Part shown: positions 1-9,966 of the stretch, piece after piece | Layout of the letters: every line of letters starts with the position of its first letter | Numbering within the stretch: position 1 is the first letter of the stretch | Origin: an uncultured delta proteobacterium | GTDB lineage: Bacteria; Desulfobacterota; Binatia; UBA9968 | Direction: 5' to 3' | Assembly (NCBI GenBank): GCA_963745835.1 | Contig: CAVUZH010000003.1 | Span: 1,385,185-1,449,184, forward strand | DNA: 64,000 bases | Translations under genes and position numbers: made by a program | The notes under the pieces: model-generated | What the model saw: only the letters and a program-made list of their open reading frames with translations | Told to the model about the DNA's origin: nothing | Database searches by the model: none

Positions 1-1
1 T

Positions 2-493
2 TTGGGCTATCCTGGAGGGGCAGAAATCGACCTAGCGGTCGAAAAAAACGAGGTTATCTGTCGAGGGATGACCGCTTCGCCGTTCCACGGCCGTGAACCT
101 TTCATATCATGGCAGAAGAAAAACTTCGTCCGGGTCCTGCTTTTTACCGGCGAAAAACGCGACGAAAGACTGCCGGATGTTCCGACTCTCGACGAGATCT
201 TCGACAAGGAGAAGGTCCCCGAAGCCGGACGCCGGGTCGCTGAGGTGATCCTTGCTGCCGAGAAGTTCGGGCGGCCGATCATCGCCGGACCCGGAACCCC
301 GCCGGAGCGGCTAAATATCCTTCGTCAGGCATTCAATCAGGCTATGAAAGATCCTGAGCTGCTTGCCGAGGCCAAGAAAACTAGGATGGATGTCGATCCG
401 ACGAGCGGGGAAGTTCTGGAAAAGCTGGCGAGGCGAGTTTTAGATCAACCCCCCGAAGTCCTTGCCCGAGTAAAAAAGATACTAAGTAACTAA
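2..493 (+). CDS. Bug/TctC-family tripartite tricarboxylate transporter substrate-binding protein (5'-truncated by window edge)
   Basis: C-terminal half with GYPGGAEIDLAVEKNEV, GRPIIAGPGTPPER motifs; paralogous to downstream genes. Confidence 0.85.
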   Translation: MGYPGGAEIDLAVEKNEVICRGMTASPFHGREPFISWQKKNFVRVLLFTGEKRDERLPDVPTLDEIFDKEKVPEAGRRVAEVILAAEKFGRPIIAGPGTPPERLNILRQAFNQAMKDPELLAEAKKTRMDVDPTSGEVLEKLARRVLDQPPEVLARVKKILSN

Positions 494-561
494 CCCCTAT
501 CTCTTGCAAGCGCACCGGATGATGATAAACAAGCAACAATATTCCTAAGGAGGTTCGCTGA

Positions 562-1593
562 ATGAAGAAATTCGCGGTAACCTTAGCAATCGTTTTGCTC
601 CTGGTTGCCAGCGCCCACGCGCAGGCTCCCTTTTACCAGGGTAAAACCATCACCATCATTGTCGGCACAAAATCCGGCGATGCCTACGATCTTTACCCTC
701 GCATGCTCGCTGAATTCATGCCCAAGTATATTCCGGGGAATCCGAATATCATTATTCAAAACGTCCCAGGCGCCGCCTCGATGATCGCTGCCAATCAAGT
801 TTATAACGTCGCAAAGCCCGACGGCTTGACTATCGGCGCCATCTATCCGGCGCTTTATTTCGAGCAGCTCACTAAAAAACCCGAGGTCAAATTCGACTGG
901 ACCAAGTTTGGCTGGGTTGGCAATCCGGTCACCTCAAACCATCTCCTATACATGCGAGCCGATGCTCCGTACAAATCAATGGATGACATTCGCACCGCGT
1001 CCTCCGCGCCTAAATGCGGCTCCAACGGTATCACCTCGACCGGTTATTATTTGCCAAAATTGATGGAAGAAACCCTCGGCACGAAATTCGACATCGTATT
1101 GGGTTATCAGTCCGGACAAGATGTTGATTTGGCCGTGGAGCGGGGCGAAGTCGTTTGCCGCGCTTTCACGATCACCGCATTCTTTGCTCGCGAGCCCTTC
1201 ATTTCTTGGCGCAAACGAGGCTTCGTCAATGTGCTGATGCAGAGCGGCGCCAAGCGCGACGCTCGCCTCAAAGATGCGACGACGATTTATGAGCTCATGG
1301 ACAAGTACAAAACCAACGAAGCCGGCAGAAGTCTGGCTAAAGTAGTTTTATCGGCCGGTGAGTTCGGGCGCCCTCTGGTTACCCCTCCGGGTGTTCCGGC
1401 AGATCGATTGAAGATCCTGCGCGATGCCTTCGACAAGTCTGTGAGCGACCCCGCCTTGCTGGCTGCCGCGGAGAAGCGAAGGCTTGAAATGGATCCCGCC
1501 AGTGGCGCCGAGTTGGAAACGTTGGCTAAAGAAGTCATGTCGGCAAGTCCAGAGATCGTGGAGCGGATGCAAAAATTGTTAAGCGGTAAATGA
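562..1593 (+). CDS. Bug/TctC-family substrate-binding protein
   Basis: Signal peptide, FYQGKTITIIVG, PGNPNIIIQNVPGA, AKPDGLTIG motifs; SD AAGGAGG upstream. Confidence 0.9.
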   Translation: MKKFAVTLAIVLLLVASAHAQAPFYQGKTITIIVGTKSGDAYDLYPRMLAEFMPKYIPGNPNIIIQNVPGAASMIAANQVYNVAKPDGLTIGAIYPALYFEQLTKKPEVKFDWTKFGWVGNPVTSNHLLYMRADAPYKSMDDIRTASSAPKCGSNGITSTGYYLPKLMEETLGTKFDIVLGYQSGQDVDLAVERGEVVCRAFTITAFFAREPFISWRKRGFVNVLMQSGAKRDARLKDATTIYELMDKYKTNEAGRSLAKVVLSAGEFGRPLVTPPGVPADRLKILRDAFDKSVSDPALLAAAEKRRLEMDPASGAELETLAKEVMSASPEIVERMQKLLSGK

Positions 1594-1607
1594 TGTCACA
1601 ATAATAC

Positions 1608-1650
1608 CCGGGGCATCTCTAACTTGTTGCTCAGCCGCGAGATGCCCCGG
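1608..1650. repeat. Intergenic perfect 12-bp inverted repeat (mRNA stem-loop)
   Basis: CCGGGGCATCTC (1608-1619) pairs with GAGATGCCCCGG (1639-1650); no U-tract, so probably a stabilising/processing hairpin rather than an intrinsic terminator. Confidence 0.6.
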
Positions 1651-1676
1651 CACACCATTGACGGGAGGGAAATCCA

Positions 1677-2702
1677 ATGATTGTGATTCTCGTCCTAGCT
1701 CTCATCATCGGCTGGCATTCCGATCTTCTTGCTCAAGCGCCTTTTTACCAGGGTAAAACCATCAGCATTGCCGTCGGCACTAAAGCCGGCGATGTTTACG
1801 ACTTATATCCCCGACTTCTTGCCGAGTTCTGGACTAAACACATCCCCGGCAATCCCAACATCATCGTCCAGAACGTGCCGGGAGCGGCCTCGCTCATTGC
1901 TGCCAATCAGGTATATAACGTAGCCAAACCGGACGGGCTGACCTTGGCGGCGATCTATCCGGCGCTCTATTTCGATCAGCTGATCAAGAAACCGGAAGTG
2001 AAGTACGACTGGGCGAAATGGAATTGGCTCGGCAGTCCGGTAAAGTCCAATCACCTTCTCTATATGCGCGCCGATACGCCGTATAAGACCGTGGATGACG
2101 TGCGCAAGGCATCGACAGCGCCGAAGTGCGGCGCCACCGGCGTCGCTTCGACCGGTTACTACATGCCCAAGCTCATGGAAGAAGTCCTCGGTTCCAAGTT
2201 CGACATCGTCTCGGGTTATGTATCGGGGCAGGATATCGATCTCGCGGTAGAACGCGGCGAACTGCAATGCCGGGCATTCACAATTACGGCCTACTTCGCC
2301 CGCGAACCGTTCATCTCGTGGCGTAAGAAAAACTTCACTAACGTGTTGATACAAACCGGGAGCCGGCGCGATTCCCGGATCAAGGATTCGCCGACGATTT
2401 ATGAATTGATGGACAGGTACAAAACTAGCGACGCGGGGCGTGCGTTAGCCAAGGTAATCCTCGCTTCGGGTGACCTGGGCCGTCCGCTTGTAGCTCCTCC
2501 CGGCGTTCCAGCGGACAGGATAAAGATTTTGCGCGCCTCATTTGAGAAAACGATTCAGGATCCGGCACTCCTGGCGGAGGCAGAAAGACGAAGATTAGAG
2601 ATCGATCCGACACCTGGAGATGAAATGGAAGCTTTGGCGAAGGATGTGATGGCGACTCCGCCCGATGTCGTTGCAAGCATGCGCAAACTCCTCGGCAGCT
2701 GA
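1677..2702 (+). CDS. Bug/TctC-family substrate-binding protein
   Basis: Same motifs as neighbours; SD GGGAGG. Confidence 0.9.
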   Translation: MIVILVLALIIGWHSDLLAQAPFYQGKTISIAVGTKAGDVYDLYPRLLAEFWTKHIPGNPNIIVQNVPGAASLIAANQVYNVAKPDGLTLAAIYPALYFDQLIKKPEVKYDWAKWNWLGSPVKSNHLLYMRADTPYKTVDDVRKASTAPKCGATGVASTGYYMPKLMEEVLGSKFDIVSGYVSGQDIDLAVERGELQCRAFTITAYFAREPFISWRKKNFTNVLIQTGSRRDSRIKDSPTIYELMDRYKTSDAGRALAKVILASGDLGRPLVAPPGVPADRIKILRASFEKTIQDPALLAEAERRRLEIDPTPGDEMEALAKDVMATPPDVVASMRKLLGS

Positions 2703-2796
2703 CGCGGCGACGTTGAATCATAGTAAGGCATCTCGGGCGATTGACACCGCTTGCAGCTTCCATGCTTCGGCCGCCCAGCCAAAACAAAGGACGACA

Positions 2797-3828
2797 ATGA
2801 TGCTTCGACGGGTTTTCCCATTTCTATTCGTCCTTTTCTGGAATTATGATCTGCCGGCCCAGACGCCTTACTATCAGGGTAAGACCATAAGGCTCGTGGC
2901 GGGGACGCCGGCCGGAAGTGTTTATGACAGCTATGCGCGCCTAATGGCGCAGTTTCTACCGAGATATATCGCAGGCACGCCCAACATCATCGTCCAAAAT
3001 ATGCCCGGCGTGGCTTCGATGGTTGCGGCGAATTACATCTACAGCATCGCCAAACCTGATGGTCTGACAATCGGCGCAATTCAGCCTGCCCTCTACTTCG
3101 ATCAACTAGTCGGACGCAAGGAGGTCCAGTTTGACTGGCAGAAGTTTAGTTGGATCGGTAACACAACCGTATCGCACCATCTGCTCTATATCAGGGCGGA
3201 TGCGCCGTATAAAAACATAGAGGAGATCCGCCAGAGCTCGGTGGCGCCCAAGTGCGGTTCGGAAGGGACAGCCTCGTCGGCTTACTACATACCTAAACTA
3301 CTGGAAGAGACTCTCGGGGCAAAATTTAACGTTGTCACGGGTTATAACGCGGGAACCGAAGTTGACCTGGCGGTGGAGCGCGGAGAGGTGCAATGCCGCG
3401 CCTTCACCATTGCTGCTTTCTTTGCCCGGGAGCCTTTCCATACCTGGCGTAAGAACGGGTTTGTTCGCGTGCTTATTCAAACCGGAAAGAAGCGCGATGC
3501 AAACTTGCCGGACGTGCCTAGTCTTCATGAGCTCATGGATCGATATAAAACAACCGATTCGTCGCGCCGTTTAGCCGACGTAATCCTGGCTGCCAATGAG
3601 ATTGGTCGCCCGATTATCGGCACGCCGGGTATCCCAACGGAACGTCTAAAAATTCTCCGCGATGCGTTTAGCAAGGCGGTGAATGATCGAGAGCTTCTGG
3701 AGGAAGCGAAAAAGAAACGCTTGGAATTGGATCCGGTTTCCGGCGAGGAGTTGCAGACTCTCGCCAGCGAGATCATGGCGCAACCGCCGGAAGTCATCGA
3801 ACGGATGAAAAAACTGCTGGGATCGTAA
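2797..3828 (+). CDS. Bug/TctC-family substrate-binding protein
   Basis: Start moved to ATG 2797 (MMLRRVFP, after AAGGA); YYQGKTIRLVAG, AKPDGLTIG motifs. Confidence 0.88.
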   Translation: MMLRRVFPFLFVLFWNYDLPAQTPYYQGKTIRLVAGTPAGSVYDSYARLMAQFLPRYIAGTPNIIVQNMPGVASMVAANYIYSIAKPDGLTIGAIQPALYFDQLVGRKEVQFDWQKFSWIGNTTVSHHLLYIRADAPYKNIEEIRQSSVAPKCGSEGTASSAYYIPKLLEETLGAKFNVVTGYNAGTEVDLAVERGEVQCRAFTIAAFFAREPFHTWRKNGFVRVLIQTGKKRDANLPDVPSLHELMDRYKTTDSSRRLADVILAANEIGRPIIGTPGIPTERLKILRDAFSKAVNDRELLEEAKKKRLELDPVSGEELQTLASEIMAQPPEVIERMKKLLGS

Positions 3829-3868
3829 ACAACAAACGTTAGGATTTGAACAAAAATAGGGGGAGATC

Positions 3869-4897
3869 ATGAGGAGAATCGTTGCCTTTCTTCTTTTATC
3901 GGTTACATGGGCTGCCGCCGCCAGCGCCCAAACGCCCTTTTATCAGGGCAAAACAATCACAATCATAGTTTCGACCAAGGCCGGCGATGTTTACGATCTT
4001 TATCCGCGTCTGGTCGCCGAGTTCATGCCCAAACATATCCCCGGAAGTCCCAACATTATCATTCAAAACGTTCCCGGCGCCGCTGGCCTGATTGGCACCA
4101 ATCAGATCTACAACGTCGCGAAGCCGGACGGATTGACCTTCGGCGCAACCTATCCGGCGCTTTATTTCGAGCAATTGGTCAAGCGTCCGGAGGTCAAGTT
4201 CGACTGGACGAAGTTTATCTGGATTGGCAGCACAATTAATTCGAACAGTCTCATGTACATGCGCGCAGACACGCCGTACAAAACCATCGAAGATGTCCGC
4301 ACCGCGTCGACCCCGCCGAAATGCGGTGCTACCGGCGTGACATCGTCCGCATATTACATGCCGAAACTCCTGGAGGAGGCGTTCGGAACAAAGTTTGATG
4401 TGGTCTCGGGTTATGTGGCTGGCCAGGATATTGACCTAGCGGTGGAGCGCGGCGAAGTACAGTGCCGCGCATTTACCATCAATGCCTTCTTTGCGCGCGA
4501 GCCGTTTATCACTTGGCGTAAGAAAAACTTCGTGAACGTACTTTATCAGACTGGAAGCAAGCAGGACGAAAGACTCAAGAACGTGCCATTGTTCAATGAC
4601 TTAATGGATAAGTACAAGACGTCGCAAGAAACTAGACAGCTGGCGAAAGTGGTTCTAGCCTCCGACGAGTTCGGCCGACCACTGGTCTTCCCTCCGGGGG
4701 TTCCCGCAGACCGTGTCAAAATCATTCGCGATGCATTTAACAAAACCATCAACGATCCGGCGCTTCTAACCGAAGCAAAACGACGCCAACTCGACATCGA
4801 TCCCGCGACCGGCGAGCAGTTGGACTCTCTCGCCAAGGAAGTGATGACAGCGACACCTGAAATAATCGAAAAGGTTAAGAAGCTGATCGGTAAGTAA
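3869..4897 (+). CDS. Bug/TctC-family substrate-binding protein
   Basis: Signal peptide and family motifs; SD GGGGAG. Confidence 0.9.
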   Translation: MRRIVAFLLLSVTWAAAASAQTPFYQGKTITIIVSTKAGDVYDLYPRLVAEFMPKHIPGSPNIIIQNVPGAAGLIGTNQIYNVAKPDGLTFGATYPALYFEQLVKRPEVKFDWTKFIWIGSTINSNSLMYMRADTPYKTIEDVRTASTPPKCGATGVTSSAYYMPKLLEEAFGTKFDVVSGYVAGQDIDLAVERGEVQCRAFTINAFFAREPFITWRKKNFVNVLYQTGSKQDERLKNVPLFNDLMDKYKTSQETRQLAKVVLASDEFGRPLVFPPGVPADRVKIIRDAFNKTINDPALLTEAKRRQLDIDPATGEQLDSLAKEVMTATPEIIEKVKKLIGK

Positions 4898-5014
4898 AAG
4901 ATGAATGTTCAGCTCGCAATCCCATGGCGCTTGGCAAGGCTCCCAACAATCAGTCGCACCGACGTAACTGACGATGCAACGGACTTGAGAGTTAATCGAC
5001 AAAAAACAAGAGCG

Positions 5015-6049
5015 ATGCTGGCCGCTTCGCTCTTGTCCTTCGCTCTCATACTTGCCGGCTTAGCCTCTACCTCGCAGGCCCAGACTCCCTACTATCAAGG
5101 CAAACAAATCAGGCTCATCATCGGCTCAAGTCCGGGCGGCGGCTACGACCTATGGCCGCGCATGATGCTGCGTTATCTGACGAAGCATATCCCCGGCAAT
5201 CCGGAGATCGTGCCGCAAAACATGCCCGGCGCCGGCGGCGTCGTGGGCGCGAACTATGTCTATGGGATCGCTAAACCGGACGGGCTCACCATCGGCGCTT
5301 TCAATCCAGCGCTTTACTTCGATCAATTGATCAAGCGCGAGGAAGTAAAATTCGACTGGTCAAAATTTGCATGGATCGGCTCGCCGGAACAGAATGATAT
5401 TCTGCACTTCATCCGCACCGACGCCCCGTATAAGACTATTGATGACCTGCGTAACGCGAAGGAAGCGCCGAAATGCGGCAGTTCCGGTACCGGCACGACC
5501 GGCCACTATATTCCTCGTCTGCTTGAAGAGGTCCTCGGGATCAAAACTCACATCGTTAGCGGCTATCAGGGCGGCGCTGAGATCGATCTCGCCATTGAAA
5601 GAAATGAGGTCGTTTGTTGGTCTCCGGTAGTGGCTACATACTTCGGCAGAGATCCCTACAAGCGTTGGCACAAAAGTGGATTCACGCGGGTCGTCCTTCA
5701 GACTGGTGAGAAGCGCGACCCGCGCTTGAAAGATGTGCCGAGCATTTGGGAGCTCATGGACCAGTATAAGACCCCGGATTCCGGCAAACGGCTGGCCAAG
5801 GTGATCTTAACAGCCGCCACTCTCGGACGACCGATTACTGCTCCGCCGGGAACGCCTGCCGACAGGGTAAAAATTCTCCGTGACGCCTACGCCAAAGCCC
5901 TCAGTGATCCTGATCTGCTCGGCGAAGCTAGCAAAAGAGATTGGGATGTGGAGCCGGTTAGCGGCGAAGATTTGGAGACACGATCGAAAGAAGTCATCGC
6001 ACAGCCAGCCGAGGTCGTCGAACGAATGAAATGGGTTCTCGGAAAGTAA
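5015..6049 (+). CDS. Bug/TctC-family substrate-binding protein
   Basis: GSSPGGGYD, NMPGAGG, KPDGLTIG motifs; start uncertain (ATG 5015 chosen). Confidence 0.88.
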   Translation: MLAASLLSFALILAGLASTSQAQTPYYQGKQIRLIIGSSPGGGYDLWPRMMLRYLTKHIPGNPEIVPQNMPGAGGVVGANYVYGIAKPDGLTIGAFNPALYFDQLIKREEVKFDWSKFAWIGSPEQNDILHFIRTDAPYKTIDDLRNAKEAPKCGSSGTGTTGHYIPRLLEEVLGIKTHIVSGYQGGAEIDLAIERNEVVCWSPVVATYFGRDPYKRWHKSGFTRVVLQTGEKRDPRLKDVPSIWELMDQYKTPDSGKRLAKVILTAATLGRPITAPPGTPADRVKILRDAYAKALSDPDLLGEASKRDWDVEPVSGEDLETRSKEVIAQPAEVVERMKWVLGK

Positions 6050-6387
6050 TCCGGGCACCGAGCTGATCACTATCATTCATTCCATGAACGATACCCTCTA
6101 GAAGTAATACTCGGTACTGCACGCGCTTAGATCCCTTAACTCAGCAATCAATTGTAAGACTTGGAAAGGAGGGTACAAAATTGTAGATCTTTGTCGATTG
6201 ATGTCTACAGCCGAAGCCTACCTAGAGCCAGGGTTCGCTAGCTCCGGCGATCAACTCCTCTAAAATATTACATTTCCGTACTCGATATCTCTTCTCCTGG
6301 TCTGCATCATACCCGGCACAACCGTTGCTATTTGGGCATTCATTACGATTCGCGGAAACCGATCCATAAGGAGTTAGCCACCCAGCG

Positions 6388-6678
6388 ATGCTGACCTATC
6401 TTTCCAAACGTAAGTGCCCGCGCTGCGCTTTCGACTTTGTCGTCGTTCTGCTGGATTGTCACGCCCGAATGCAATGGATCAACGGCTTTTGCGGAAAATG
6501 CGATCACAATATCTCATGGAAGTTGTTTCGGAGAAGAGATTATGAACCCGGAAATCATTCTGTGGACTCGAGTACTGTTACAAGCGATATGGGACCTGGC
6601 CGGCATACGGGTCAACGCCCCACCGAGAGACGTACCCAGGCTCCGGTCGTCCGCCCGAGCTTGGATCTGCTCCGCTGA
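6388..6678 (+). CDS. Small hypothetical zinc-ribbon protein
   Basis: CPRC...CGKC pair, SD AAGGAG upstream; 3' part overlaps the next ORF, so true end is uncertain. Confidence 0.4.
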   Translation: MLTYLSKRKCPRCAFDFVVVLLDCHARMQWINGFCGKCDHNISWKLFRRRDYEPGNHSVDSSTVTSDMGPGRHTGQRPTERRTQAPVVRPSLDLLR

Positions 6679-6835
6679 TCATTCGCAGGGAAGCTTTATC
6701 TGGACCTGTAATTCTCTTTCCCTTGATCCCGACACCGTCCGGAAGCGCGTGCTGACCAAGAGCAAAGCTGACTTGAAAGCGATCGCCGAAAAAGAATTTC
6801 TCGAGAGCCCACTGCAATTGATCAACTCGATGTAA
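6542..6835 (+). CDS. Hypothetical small helical protein
   Basis: ATG 6542; LLQAIWDL...ARAWI...SFIWTCNSLSLDPDTVRK pattern looks like a real small-protein family. Confidence 0.55.
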   Translation: MNPEIILWTRVLLQAIWDLAGIRVNAPPRDVPRLRSSARAWICSADHSQGSFIWTCNSLSLDPDTVRKRVLTKSKADLKAIAEKEFLESPLQLINSM

Positions 6836-6979
6836 TGATGGGATCAAATGTCAAGAGAGCGACCGTAGCCCGCGCAATCTCAAGCGGGTTGCGGTTGTCT
6901 TAATCGGACGCTGGAAACGCTTGGATGAGTCCCTACTGACCGATGGCCCCGCGCTTCAGCTATCCAGGGATAGCGGAAA

Positions 6980-7429
6980 CTAAGTCTTAACTGCTTCGAG
7001 CGCGTCCTCAGCCTCTTCAGGACGTCGCATAGAGTCGATTCCCTCGAAATCGCCGCGCAAAGCTTTCAAAGCATATTTCTCCCGGTTGATCTCATCGCGA
7101 GTTCGAACACCCAGCCGCCGGAATATCGGCACAGGTGGACACCAACCTTGGATTGCATGTTGAAACAAGAATGGTAAAACCACGCTCGGAACAATTAGCC
7201 ATTTCCTGTTCCGAGTTATGCCGAGCACAAGTCCGGTGAACGCAGCGGCGGAGGCGTTAGCCTCCAGCAGCCGCTCCATGTCCCACTCATGATCGAGCTC
7301 GTTTATACGCCGAGTAAGCTCACTCTCACTTCGCAGGGAATACTCCCGAACGCGATTGTCGATCTCGCGATCGATTTTGCGGTTTATCTCTTCAGCCGTG
7401 TTGGCGCGTACCCTATCTGCCTTCGCCAT
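6980..7429 (-). CDS. DUF2892/YgaP-like membrane protein
   Basis: EWDMERLLEANAS...FLFQHAIQGWCPP...RRLGVRT motif; SD GGAGG. Confidence 0.75.
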   Translation of the reverse strand: MAKADRVRANTAEEINRKIDREIDNRVREYSLRSESELTRRINELDHEWDMERLLEANASAAAFTGLVLGITRNRKWLIVPSVVLPFLFQHAIQGWCPPVPIFRRLGVRTRDEINREKYALKALRGDFEGIDSMRRPEEAEDALEAVKT

Positions 7430-7580
7430 GTCTATTGACCTCCGGTAATCGAGGCCGGAGCGCTCTCGTGTGCTCAGGTCGCATGATCAAAAAGCTTCTT
7501 GATCGTTGCCTTACCAGATCTGGATCTACTCTAACAGTTACGAAGTGGCGAAAAAATCGGCTGGCGGGAGAAGCAGGCGG

Positions 7581-7925
7581 CTAAAGATCTTTGTCGGCGG
7601 TAGCCACCTCCTTAACCAGAAACATGCATTGCTGGCATCTTACCTCGGAAACTGTGCCGTTGTTGTATTCGGTTTGCTGAAGCTCTTTTGAACCGCATTC
7701 GGGGCACTTTGTTCCTTGTTCAGTCGCTACGTCATATCCAAGTTTTTCGATCTCTACATGCCCTTTCCTCACCGGAAGCATCTCAATCTCATAATAGAGT
7801 TGGCACTGCCGACAGATAACACGGCACTCGCGAAATAATCTCGGTCTGTACTCCCTCGGCTTCCACTCGGTTTCAACGACGAAATCCTGCGATTGACAGT
7901 TGGGACAGGTCATCTTTATTTCCAT
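7581..7925 (-). CDS. Multi zinc-ribbon hypothetical protein
   Basis: Four CxxC motifs; SD AAGGAGG. Confidence 0.6.
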   Translation of the reverse strand: MEIKMTCPNCQSQDFVVETEWKPREYRPRLFRECRVICRQCQLYYEIEMLPVRKGHVEIEKLGYDVATEQGTKCPECGSKELQQTEYNNGTVSEVRCQQCMFLVKEVATADKDL

Positions 7926-8355
7926 AACCCCTCCTTAGCACTGGAAAGTTTGAGCGGACAGTTCCGCATTACTGGCAAGCACGATGCTTACTTTTGATCG
8001 GCAGCCTCCGAACAAATGGCGAACATCCCACCAAGGTAAGGCGTGCGTGCTCAATACTTCGGGAACAACCGAGCCTTCGCACTATCGAACATGCTTCAAG
8101 CCCCGGTGACCTCAGCTGGTCTCATAGAATCAACTACTTATGAGTCCCTGTCAATAATAAAGCTAATGGCCTACGGGATGATGTCATGGGTTAACGAAAC
8201 GCCGGAGTGAGAATTTAATCGGCTGTGCTTCGACAGCGTGCGAGAGCTTCTTTTTCAAAAGAAGAAAACCGCGCGCCGAATTACAACACGCGGCGCGGAA
8301 TTTTTAGGTTACCGGCAGGTTGTGACTTGAACTGAATGATCCCTTCTGTCAATCT

Positions 8356-9705
8356 TTGGTGAACTCTAATTGTGCCGTTTCAATGACTGAAACAGAACTC
8401 CCCCGAGATCAACTCCTGGCTCTTGCTTCTCATCTAAACAGTCGACGCGACAGCATTCTGGAAAAGTGGCGCGCGGCGGTGAAGCAGGATTCAGCGCTTA
8501 CCAATGCAACCACGCTCTCGAGCGCGCAATTCTACGATCACATTCCCAGCGTACTTGATTCGTTTGAAAGGAATCTTTGCGCCCGCAGTCAAGCGGCTGC
8601 TGTCGACGCAGCAGAAGTCCAGAAAGAACTGGCCGCTGACCATGGACTTCATCGCTGGCACCACGGCTACAATCAACAGGAAGTGATGCGCGAGTGGAGT
8701 CATTTGCATCTCTGTCTCGTCGCCGTGCTCGAAGAATACGATGCTGCGCACCCCGAGATTGCCCATGAGGTCATGGCGTTTGCGAGGCTCACACTGGCGC
8801 AGTTGTGCAGCGACGGCGTCAACGAAAGCGCCTCGCGTTATGCTCGTTTGCAACAGGTGGAGGCGGCTGGCCGCCTTCGTGACTTGGAACAGGCGCTGGC
8901 GCAGCTAAGAAGTTCGGAGCGCCAAAGAGCCGATGCCTGGCGCGAAGCAGCCCATGACCTGCGTGGTAAGCTGGGAGTTGTTAAAAATGTCACCGAGATT
9001 CTGACCAATGACCGTTTGCCCGAGTCCGACCGAGGCGAAATTCGCACGATGCTACAGCAGGGCGTTGAGTCGTTGCACGCTCTTCTGGAAGATCTGATCG
9101 TGTTATCTCGCTTGGATGCCGGCCAGGATCGACGCAACATCACCGGTTTCGACGCCGGGGCTATGCTGCGGGATTTGTGCGTTGCGATGAAACCCGCCGC
9201 CACGGAGCGCAATCTGTTTCTTGAATCCCTGGGTCCGGAACCGTTTATGGTCGAAGGAGATTCGGTCAAAATTCTGCGTATCACTCAAAACTTGCTGCTA
9301 AACGCCATCAAGTATACCGAACAAGGAGGCGTGAAGGTCGGTTGGTCGGAAGTGGCGCCGCAAACATACGAGCGCTGGATGCTGTATGTACAAGACACCG
9401 GTCCGGGCTTTGAAGACGGCTCGATCACGCCGCTCGCGCAAGCAATCAAGAAATCCACGGAAGAGGTTCAGGTGGTGGACCAGGAGGCGGAAAAAGCCGG
9501 TCAGGATTCAACCTTTGTCGCCCCCGCGCCCGTGCTTCCTTCGGAGTCAAAGCACCGACCGGACTATCAACCGCCCGGTGAAGGAATCGGCCTATCGATT
9601 GTCAAAAAACTCTGCGAGCTCCTGGACGCCAGCTTGGAATGTGAAACCGAGCGCGGCAAAGGAAGCACCTTTCGGGTTATCCTTCCGCGCCGCTACGAAG
9701 CCTAG
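8356..9705 (+). CDS. Cytoplasmic sensor histidine kinase with RsbRD_N-like N-terminal domain
   Basis: H-box AAHDLRG, N-box NLLLNAIKYT, DTGPG, GEGIGLSIV, GKGSTF; start may be ATG 8383. Confidence 0.88.
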   Translation: MVNSNCAVSMTETELPRDQLLALASHLNSRRDSILEKWRAAVKQDSALTNATTLSSAQFYDHIPSVLDSFERNLCARSQAAAVDAAEVQKELAADHGLHRWHHGYNQQEVMREWSHLHLCLVAVLEEYDAAHPEIAHEVMAFARLTLAQLCSDGVNESASRYARLQQVEAAGRLRDLEQALAQLRSSERQRADAWREAAHDLRGKLGVVKNVTEILTNDRLPESDRGEIRTMLQQGVESLHALLEDLIVLSRLDAGQDRRNITGFDAGAMLRDLCVAMKPAATERNLFLESLGPEPFMVEGDSVKILRITQNLLLNAIKYTEQGGVKVGWSEVAPQTYERWMLYVQDTGPGFEDGSITPLAQAIKKSTEEVQVVDQEAEKAGQDSTFVAPAPVLPSESKHRPDYQPPGEGIGLSIVKKLCELLDASLECETERGKGSTFRVILPRRYEA

Positions 9706-9966
9706 CGCGCGGAGCTTGAGAAAGTTCACCAGTCATAGTTCAGCTAGTTTCATAAGCAGAAATAGCTTACTCGCGAGACACCAGTCGTCGGGCTTGCGAT
9801 TCGAATTTCTTTCGGACCTCCGTAGAATCTTTGATTGCCAATTAAACGGGCTTTATCTCGCTCTCTCTTACGTCGGCAATGCGATGTTTGACAGAGATTA
9901 TTGCATTCATTAGATTCTGCCCGACAAATATCGATCCAAAACACTCTGCACCGTCAGGGAGGTTTC

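Noticed and set aside
6862-6895. Imperfect hairpin between convergent genes
   Set aside because: Depends on G-U pairs and lacks a clear U-tract; too weak to call a terminator
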